Shown piece by piece: positions 56,620-64,000 of a DNA stretch of 64,000 nucleotides. Origin of the DNA: Dictyostelium discoideum. Lineage: Eukaryota. Position numbers and translations under genes: made by a program. The first letter of the stretch is position 1; every line of letters starts with the position of its first letter. The notes beneath the pieces are model-generated. The model did not search any database. It was given only the letters and a program-made list of their open reading frames with translations, and was not told the DNA's origin. The DNA lies in NCBI GenBank assembly GCA_000004695.1, contig CM000150.2, positions 3,840,001 to 3,904,000 of the forward strand, given 5' to 3'.

Positions 56620-57215
56620 CCAACTATTAACTATTGTAGTTGTACATAAAAAAATTTAAAAAAAAAAACTATAAAACTTTATTGTTTTTTTTTTTTTTTA
56701 TTAGTTTTAATTTTTTTATTTATTTTTTTATATTTTTTTTATTTATTTTTATTTTTTTTTTTTTGGTTTAAACACATATATTTTTATATATATCTTCACC
56801 CACTTTTTTTATTATTTTATTTTATTTTTTTTATAAATTTTATTTTAATCGATATTTATAAAACTATTTAAATCACCATAATAGTATAATCACACTCACA
56901 TATTATTGATTTTTTTTTTTTTTTTAAAATATTTTTTTTATGTTGTTATTATAAGAAACCCCATTTTCATAAAAAATTTTAAAGTAAGGATTTCTAAAAT
57001 ATCTTTTTTTTTTTTTTTTAAAAATTTTTTTTTTTTTTTTTTATTTTTTTTATTTTTTATTTTTTATTTTTTTTTTTTTTTCCCTCATACTAATAATTTT
57101 TATTTTTATTTTTATTTTATTATTTTTTTTTATTTGATATTTTTTTTATTTTTTTTTTTTTTTCCGATTTGTTATGAACAGTAAATAAATAAAAAAAAAA
57201 AAAAAAAAAAAAAAA

Positions 57216-60200
57216 ATGTCACAACCACCAATTTCAAACAGACCATCAACGATTGCAGCAAATGGTGGAAGTCTTGTATCACCAAATAGTATAGTTAATA
57301 GTAATAGCAATAGTAGGGGTAATTTAACTGGGGGTAGACCATTACCCTCACCACCAATCAATACTAGTTCAGGTTCAATAAATGTAAATAATAATAATAA
57401 TAGCAACAATAATACAAATGGGGGTGTACCAGTTTCATCATCACCATTAAAATCGCCACCACCATTAAAACCAAGACCAAAAACTTTATTAACACCAGTT
57501 GCACCAATTGGTTCACAAAATCCTCAACCACCTTCATTACAACAACAACAACAACCACAACCACAACCACAAAATACATCATCATCAAATTTATTACAAC
57601 AACCATCACCATCGCCATCACAGCAACCACCATCACAGCAACCACCATCACAACAACAACAACAACAACCACCATCACAACAACCACCAAAATCTACATC
57701 ACCACCAGCTTTACCAAGAAGAGAATGGCCTCCAAATAATACTAGCAGTGGTAATTTAAATAGTTTAAATAGTAGTGGTGGTAATGTTATAAATAGGCCA
57801 CAACCAGTTGCTGATAACAGTAATAATAATAATAGTAATAAACCAGTAAATGTAACAACACAACCGCCACAACCACAAACTACACCAATAAAACCAGCAT
57901 CAACCGCTCTACAATCAACTCCAATAAAAGAAACAACAACAACAGCAACAGCAGCAACAACAACACCAGTATCAGTTCCAACACAAACAGCAGTACCAGT
58001 TGCACAAGAAACTTCATCAACAGTAACACCAATTAAAATTAATAATCTTGAAGCATCAGGTCAAACAACAGAAAGTGGTAATAATTCAACATCAACTAGT
58101 ACACAATCATCACCATCAACATCTACACCACCAACACCAAACTCATCAACATCAACCACACCATTATCAACATCAACTACACAATTAGCACCCCCACCAC
58201 TAGCACCACCATTATTCAACACACCACCAATTAGTGTTTCTCAATCAACCTCAAGTGGTAATTTAAATAGTTTATATTCATCATCAGCACCAACCAATTC
58301 AGGTATGGCCAATTATAAACCAATTTCACCAAATTCTAGTATAATCTCACCAAGTAAACCTGAACCATTGGTTTTACCATCTTCAATTTCAACAACCACT
58401 ACACCAACAAATAGTACTCCAAATACACCATCAACTCAGCAACAACAACAACAACAATCATCACCAAATAATACAAATGAAAATAAACAAAAAAGAAATT
58501 CATTAGGTGAACAAACTTCAATAACATTAGAAAAAATGGCACAAGAATCATCATTAACCATCAATGAAAAGGATGAAGAGGAAACAAACGATAGTAGTGG
58601 TAAAAAATCCAAATCTAAACCAAAATTATTCCCACATCAATGGTCAATGGGTAAACCATCGGAAAAAGATGCTAAAAAGGAGGAGAAAGAACGTAAAGAA
58701 AATGAAAAACGTGAAGAGAAAGAACGTAAAGAGTTGGAAAAACGTGAGAAAAAAGAACGTAAAGAAAAGGAGAAATTAGATAAAAAAGGTGAAAAAGGTG
58801 ACAAAACAGAAAAAGATAAGGAAAAAGAGAAAGAAAAGGAGAAAGAGAAAGAGAAAGAAAAAGAGAAAGAGAAAGATATAAAATCTGGTATTGAAAAACC
58901 ACCACCACTCTCTAGAACATCTTCATCATTTGCCTCGAAATTAAAACATGCAACTTTAAGAGGAGGTAAAGTGAATGACATTGATGATACCGACTCAAAT
59001 AGTGGTAGCAGTGTTGGTAATAGTCCATCATTGACAGCACAAAGAGATACAAGAGGTTCATCAGTTCCTCATCCACCAGTAAATATTTCCACCTCCACCA
59101 ATTCAGCAACAACACCATCATCATCGTCATCGTCCACTCCAATCTCATCACCACCACCATCACTTTCATCATCTTCAAATATTGCAATATCATCATGTTC
59201 AGCATCAAATCTTTCAAATGTTTTGGCAGATAATAGTGGTTCAAGTACTGGTACAACACCAACAGACGGATTTTCATCATCACCACCAAATGGTCAATCA
59301 CCATCATTATCATCGACAGCACATCGTTCAGCTATTCATTTGGATACAAGCCGTGGCTTAATGACATGGGGATCAGCATCAAATTGTAAATTAGGCTTCA
59401 AGGTCACAGCAAAAGATCAATCACAACCAACACCAGAAAGATTACCAAATTTCAATATTCCAGACATTTGTTCGATTTCCTCAGGTTCCTATTATAGCTC
59501 TGTATTGACAGAGAATGGTGATGTCTATCTTTGGGGCCGTGGCGCTGTAAAGACACCAGCCGTTCCAATTTTAGGTATTCCACAAATTGAAGATCAATTA
59601 TTACCATTCAAATTAGAGTCACTCTCTGATGTTGTCTCTGTTTCAATTGGTTTTTGTCATGGTGCAGCCGTTAGAGCCAATGGTGAACTTTTAACTTGGG
59701 GTGTTGGTGAAAATGGTCAATTGGGTCATGGTGATACAAACAATCAAATCGAACCAAAGATCATTCAATCACTCACTAGTTTTTGGATCACCCAAGTACA
59801 ATGTGGTGAGAAACATACTATTTGTCTCACAAAGAATGGTAAAGTTTATTCATGGGGTGCTTCAGAGTATGGACAATTGGGTTTGGGTGATGTTACACAA
59901 CATTCCTCACCAATGCAAGTCAGTGCCTTGGAGAAATATAATGTACTTCAAATTGCAAGTGGTTCAACTCATTGTGCAGTTTTAACCACATCAAAAGAGG
60001 TCTTGGTATTTGGTAATGGTGCAGCTATGGGTGCTGCAAGTGTTGTAAGTTTACCAACATTAGTACCATCATTGAAATATCTTCACATTGATAGACTATG
60101 TTGTGGTCATTATTCAACCGCTGCTATCACAGAATGTGGTGATGTCTATACTTGGGGTACTGGTCAAGAATTAGGTCATGGTGGTAACTCAACTGAAACC

Positions 60201-63200
60201 TCACCAAAATTGATCGAAGCATTACGTAATCAATCAATTCGTCAAATTAGTTGTGGTGGTCGTCATACTGCATTCTTGACTGATTCTGGTAGAATTTTTA
60301 CTTGTGGTAAAGATTCATTCGGTCAATTGGGTCAAATGTCAGGTGATCAAAATAAACCAAAAAGAATTGAATCCTTAACAAAGACAACATTCATTTCAGT
60401 GTCATGTGGTGAAAATTATAATGTTGCATTATTTGATACCACAAGATCATTTAGAGATAAATTCTGTTGGAAATTATTAGAAACTCAAAGAACCTATGTT
60501 AGAACTTTAGATATCATCCAAACCATATTTTTAAATCCACTTAGAATTCGTGATCGTGATTTGTTACCAGAATCAATGAAACATTTACCATACATTTTCT
60601 TATCGGAAGAAGAGATTAGAACCATTTTCGGACCAATAGAGAAATTGTATGCATTGAATTCAACATTACTTCATGTTATGAATAAAAGATTTGCAAATTG
60701 GTCCAATAAAAAGAAGGTTGGTGATGTTTTATTGAATCATTTCAAACATTCCGAAGATACATTCATTCAATATATGGAGAATTTACCATTGGCATTGACT
60801 TGTTTAGATAACCTTTGTAAGAAACAAACTGCACCAATCATTGGTTACCTTAAAGAATGTGAAAAACTTGCATTGGATAGAAAGAAGATCGATACTGATG
60901 ATGATAGTAAAGAATTTAATTTACGTTCATTATTGATAGAACCATTGAATATCATTTCACGTTATCATAAAGCAATCAATGGTATGGTTAAATATACAAA
61001 AACCACTCATATCGATTATAGTGGTTTGGTTGATTTAGATGGTATCATGGAGATCAAAGTAAACAAAGTTACAAATATTCTAAACATTACACAATCACCA
61101 TCATCAATGGCATCTTACACTACCTCAAATCCAACGGTTACAGCAGTTTCAAGTTCTTCCTCTGAAAATAGTGAATTCCTCAAAGAGTATGATATCAAAT
61201 TGGAAGCATTACAAAACTTTAAGAAAACATGTACAAAGATCATAAAATCCTCAAAGAAATACTATGAAGTTGAACCAGATTCCTTCAAAGAACAAGGTCA
61301 TTTCTCTGAACATCTTATCAATGTAAAAGCTTGTTTCGATGGTAATATCGATCCTGCATTGGCCGCTTCAATCGATCAATTCTCTAGTAGCATTAAAAAG
61401 ATTGGTTATCTTCGTTCAGAATTATCAACTCGTACTCATACCTCATTTGCTCAACCATTATCAACTGTCGCCGATGAGTTGGAAAACTTCCTTCCATTGA
61501 TTACTGAAATGAGAAAACGTGTTTTCGAATCTCATACTGAGTATGAAAATGCTGTAAGTAAACTCTACTCTTTGGCAAAGAATTTACAACCAACTGAAAA
61601 GAAAATGATTGAAGCTGAAAAGGAAGTTGCATCACTTAAAAAGGTTTTGGATAAAACTTTGTTTGAATTTGATGCAATCTTTAAGGAGGGTATTTCCATT
61701 CAAACTAAATCACTTAAACTATTCTATGCCTGTATGAAAGCACAACAAGAATACTATGAACGTGGTTTACAAAGATTCCAAGCCATGAAACCTTCTTTCG
61801 ATGCATTGGATACTTACTTTAGACAACAAAGTAGAAATACTTGGGCTAAATCAATTTTCGAAACTGTTACCACAACTTTTACTCAAGAGAAGGGTGCTCC
61901 AACTCCATCATTAACAAGTATCAAATCAACTCCAATTATTCAATCTCAATCATCTGCTTCTTCTACTTTACAAATACCACCATCAGATATTGCTGCTGCT
62001 CCTTCTTCTACTCCATCTTCTGCTCCTTCTCCATTGGTATTGGCTACTCAATTAAATTCTGTAAATAACACTGATATGTCTGCCAATAGTAGTACACCAT
62101 TATCTTCAACTCCAAAAGAACAACATCCATTCGCTTTATCTGAAAATATTGAAAAAACTGAATCATCACCATCAACTAAACTACAACAACCAACTATTAA
62201 TGCCACAACTACAAATACCACCACTTCACCAGTAGCTACTACAACTGCAACAGCAACAACAAATAATAACACTGCATCATTATTAGATCCACACCAAATT
62301 ATGACAGAATTAGAACAATCAGATTGGACATTCCTTATGGATCCACCAGCAAGTAATGAGTTTACAGATACATTCATAGAGGAACAATATAATGGTTTAG
62401 TTGAAATTTTAGCATCACCATCACTTCAAGTAGCTCAATGCGTTGTTAGTGCAGCACCATCAGATCAACAATCTCCAACCATTGAATCTATTTCAAGAAT
62501 ATTTGAAAGTTTCAATAAGATTCGTCCAATTATTCATTCTGGTATTGAACAAGAGGTATTGTCAACTGCTAATCCATCCACTTTATTCCGTTCCAATACA
62601 ACCGCTACTAAGTTGATGACAGCATTCACAAAACTCAAGGGTATGCCATACCTTCAAAAACATATCACTCCATTAGTACGTGAAATCATTGATAATCCAA
62701 ATGGCTATGAAGTAGATCCAGCTAAAATCAATGAAGGTAGTGAAGAGTTGATGACAAATATGATGAATCTCATTCAAATTTGTGAGAAATTCACAGATGC
62801 CATCATTGATTCCGTCGAAAATTTACCAGCTTCCCTTAGAGAGATTTCATCCTATCTTCAACAAGAAGTCGTAAAGAAATTCCCAGACAATAAGTATAGC
62901 AGTGTTGGCGGTTTTATTTTCTTACGTTTCCTATGTCCATCAATTTTGGCTCCACATACAAGTGGTTTGGTTGAAGAACAACCAGGTCCAGAAGCAACAA
63001 GAGCCTTGGTTTTAATTGGCAAAGTACTTCAAAATCTTGCAAATGGTATAGAGTTTGGTCAAAAAGAATCATTTATGATTCCAGTCAATCGTTTCATCAT
63101 TGGTAATGTCACTCGTTTAAATAATTACTTTGATAAACTCACCAATGTTCCAATGTACACATCATCCGATTCCATAAGTACAACATCAAGAGAGGAGGTT

Positions 63201-63350
63201 CAAAAGGATATTCGTAACATTCATCTCCTTATTGTTAAAAACCTTTCAAAATTAGTCAAACAATTGGCACTTTACAAACAAAAAGAGATTATAGGTCAAC
63301 TTTCAAAAACTTTAGTTTTCTTAGGTGATCCATCTTCAATGTATAAATAA
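57216..63350 (+). CDS. Large multidomain signalling protein (2044 aa): S/T/P/Q-rich N-terminal ~700 aa with a KE(K/R) repeat tract, RCC1-like beta-propeller repeats, a DH (RhoGEF) domain, and a C-terminal RasGAP domain; single exon
   Basis: The RCC1 blades are GSASNCKLGF, VYLWGRG, LLTWGVGENGQLGHGD, VYSWGASEYGQLGLGD, VLVFGNG, VYTWGTGQELGHGG, IFTCGKDSFGQLGQ. The DH domain is KFCWKLLETQRTYVRTLDIIQTIFLNPL...LRSLLIEPLNIISRYHKAINGMVKYTK. The RasGAP signature is SVGGFIFLRFLCPSILAPHTSGL...TRALVLIGKVLQNLANG (the FLR..PAi.sP and K.lQ.laN motifs). Confidence 0.8.
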   Translation: MSQPPISNRPSTIAANGGSLVSPNSIVNSNSNSRGNLTGGRPLPSPPINTSSGSINVNNNNNSNNNTNGGVPVSSSPLKSPPPLKPRPKTLLTPVAPIGSQNPQPPSLQQQQQPQPQPQNTSSSNLLQQPSPSPSQQPPSQQPPSQQQQQQPPSQQPPKSTSPPALPRREWPPNNTSSGNLNSLNSSGGNVINRPQPVADNSNNNNSNKPVNVTTQPPQPQTTPIKPASTALQSTPIKETTTTATAATTTPVSVPTQTAVPVAQETSSTVTPIKINNLEASGQTTESGNNSTSTSTQSSPSTSTPPTPNSSTSTTPLSTSTTQLAPPPLAPPLFNTPPISVSQSTSSGNLNSLYSSSAPTNSGMANYKPISPNSSIISPSKPEPLVLPSSISTTTTPTNSTPNTPSTQQQQQQQSSPNNTNENKQKRNSLGEQTSITLEKMAQESSLTINEKDEEETNDSSGKKSKSKPKLFPHQWSMGKPSEKDAKKEEKERKENEKREEKERKELEKREKKERKEKEKLDKKGEKGDKTEKDKEKEKEKEKEKEKEKEKEKDIKSGIEKPPPLSRTSSSFASKLKHATLRGGKVNDIDDTDSNSGSSVGNSPSLTAQRDTRGSSVPHPPVNISTSTNSATTPSSSSSSTPISSPPPSLSSSSNIAISSCSASNLSNVLADNSGSSTGTTPTDGFSSSPPNGQSPSLSSTAHRSAIHLDTSRGLMTWGSASNCKLGFKVTAKDQSQPTPERLPNFNIPDICSISSGSYYSSVLTENGDVYLWGRGAVKTPAVPILGIPQIEDQLLPFKLESLSDVVSVSIGFCHGAAVRANGELLTWGVGENGQLGHGDTNNQIEPKIIQSLTSFWITQVQCGEKHTICLTKNGKVYSWGASEYGQLGLGDVTQHSSPMQVSALEKYNVLQIASGSTHCAVLTTSKEVLVFGNGAAMGAASVVSLPTLVPSLKYLHIDRLCCGHYSTAAITECGDVYTWGTGQELGHGGNSTETSPKLIEALRNQSIRQISCGGRHTAFLTDSGRIFTCGKDSFGQLGQMSGDQNKPKRIESLTKTTFISVSCGENYNVALFDTTRSFRDKFCWKLLETQRTYVRTLDIIQTIFLNPLRIRDRDLLPESMKHLPYIFLSEEEIRTIFGPIEKLYALNSTLLHVMNKRFANWSNKKKVGDVLLNHFKHSEDTFIQYMENLPLALTCLDNLCKKQTAPIIGYLKECEKLALDRKKIDTDDDSKEFNLRSLLIEPLNIISRYHKAINGMVKYTKTTHIDYSGLVDLDGIMEIKVNKVTNILNITQSPSSMASYTTSNPTVTAVSSSSSENSEFLKEYDIKLEALQNFKKTCTKIIKSSKKYYEVEPDSFKEQGHFSEHLINVKACFDGNIDPALAASIDQFSSSIKKIGYLRSELSTRTHTSFAQPLSTVADELENFLPLITEMRKRVFESHTEYENAVSKLYSLAKNLQPTEKKMIEAEKEVASLKKVLDKTLFEFDAIFKEGISIQTKSLKLFYACMKAQQEYYERGLQRFQAMKPSFDALDTYFRQQSRNTWAKSIFETVTTTFTQEKGAPTPSLTSIKSTPIIQSQSSASSTLQIPPSDIAAAPSSTPSSAPSPLVLATQLNSVNNTDMSANSSTPLSSTPKEQHPFALSENIEKTESSPSTKLQQPTINATTTNTTTSPVATTTATATTNNNTASLLDPHQIMTELEQSDWTFLMDPPASNEFTDTFIEEQYNGLVEILASPSLQVAQCVVSAAPSDQQSPTIESISRIFESFNKIRPIIHSGIEQEVLSTANPSTLFRSNTTATKLMTAFTKLKGMPYLQKHITPLVREIIDNPNGYEVDPAKINEGSEELMTNMMNLIQICEKFTDAIIDSVENLPASLREISSYLQQEVVKKFPDNKYSSVGGFIFLRFLCPSILAPHTSGLVEEQPGPEATRALVLIGKVLQNLANGIEFGQKESFMIPVNRFIIGNVTRLNNYFDKLTNVPMYTSSDSISTTSREEVQKDIRNIHLLIVKNLSKLVKQLALYKQKEIIGQLSKTLVFLGDPSSMYK

Positions 63351-63395
63351 AGTTAAAAATAATAAATTATAAAAATAATAATAATAATAATATAA

Positions 63396-63440
<45 letters not shown>

Positions 63441-63566
63441 AAATAGCTTTATAGTTAAAAACGAAAATCAATATTTATAAAGAAAAAACAAAAAAAAAAA
63501 AAAAATGTATTTTTAGAATAAAATCTATAATATTATAAAATAAATTAATACAAGTATTCAATTTAA

Positions 63567-63597
<31 letters not shown>

Positions 63598-63677
63598 AAT
63601 TTTTAATTTCCCATTGTTTTTTTATTTATAAAAAAAAAAAAATACGAATTTTCAACTTTCGAAAAAAAAAAAAAAGA

Positions 63678-64000
63678 ATGATATTTAATAGAATAAATTC
63701 AAGTATAATAAAAACAACAAACTTTTTATTTAATAATAATAATAAAAATGTTTTAAAGAATTTTAAAATATTTTATAGTAGTGGAATAAATTCAACATTA
63801 CCTTCATCATTATCAAATAATATAAACAATTTTAAAAACAATAATAATGATTTATTTAAAACATTTGATATTGAAAAAATTAAAAAGGAATATGAAAATA
63901 ATAATGAAAGTGGTATAATTGAATATTATGAATCATTTATTGATGATTTTGCAAAGAAAGAAACAAGATTGATGAATTGGGATTCGTCTCATTGGGCATC
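63678..64000 (+). CDS. 5' part of an unidentified protein-coding gene running off the window edge (N/K-rich N-terminus, possibly a presequence)
   Basis: The ATG at 63678 opens a frame that continues to nt 64000 without a stop (MIFNRINSSIIKTTNFLFNN...ETRLMNWDSSHWA). It sits ~330 bp after the upstream gene's stop. Confidence 0.3.
   Translation, partial: MIFNRINSSIIKTTNFLFNNNNKNVLKNFKIFYSSGINSTLPSSLSNNINNFKNNNNDLFKTFDIEKIKKEYENNNESGIIEYYESFIDDFAKKETRLMNWDSSHWA

Overview
This window is AT-rich eukaryotic nuclear DNA with the hallmarks of a dictyostelid social amoeba (Dictyostelium discoideum-like). Those hallmarks are poly(A)/poly(T) intergenic tracts, short AT-rich introns with GTAAGT/GTATGT donors and (T)nAG acceptors, poly-Q/poly-N trinucleotide runs inside coding exons, and D. 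discoideum-like codon usage. It is not prokaryotic, so there are no operons or CRISPR arrays; the content is a gene-dense euchromatic stretch. I hand-spliced the ORF track into about 22 protein-coding gene models by protein-family knowledge. They are: the Sec31 C-terminus (partial), an M1 aminopeptidase, a small multipass membrane protein, a cortactin/HS1-like NtA+SH3 protein, NADPH-cytochrome P450 reductase, a sedolisin/TPP1-like S53 peptidase, ATP synthase beta, two tandem paralogous LRR+dual-specificity-phosphatase (MPL-like) genes, a type I membrane glycoprotein gene with two frame disruptions, an N/K-rich hypothetical protein, XRN2-type 5'-3' exoribonuclease, VPS18, an RBM25-like RRM+PWI protein, a universal stress protein, a small secreted protein, an ABM-domain protein, an ankyrin+VPS9 protein, ARPC4 with an ATG-only first exon, UAP56/Sub2 DEAD-box helicase, a 2044-aa RCC1+DH(RhoGEF)+RasGAP protein, and a partial gene at the 3' edge. 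There is one tRNA-Asp(GUC) gene with a pol III T-run terminator. Other noteworthy features are several trinucleotide microsatellites in introns, a degenerate duplicated copy of the 3' end of the sedolisin gene, a 28-bp-arm inverted repeat, tandem intergenic repeats, a non-AT repeat island, and a complex region upstream of the tRNA that may be a retroelement footprint. I did not find a self-contained novel 'system' of the prokaryotic type. The candidates most worth follow-up are the cortactin-like minimal protein, the RCC1-DH-RasGAP protein, the twice frame-disrupted glycoprotein gene, and the duplicated/hairpin elements.
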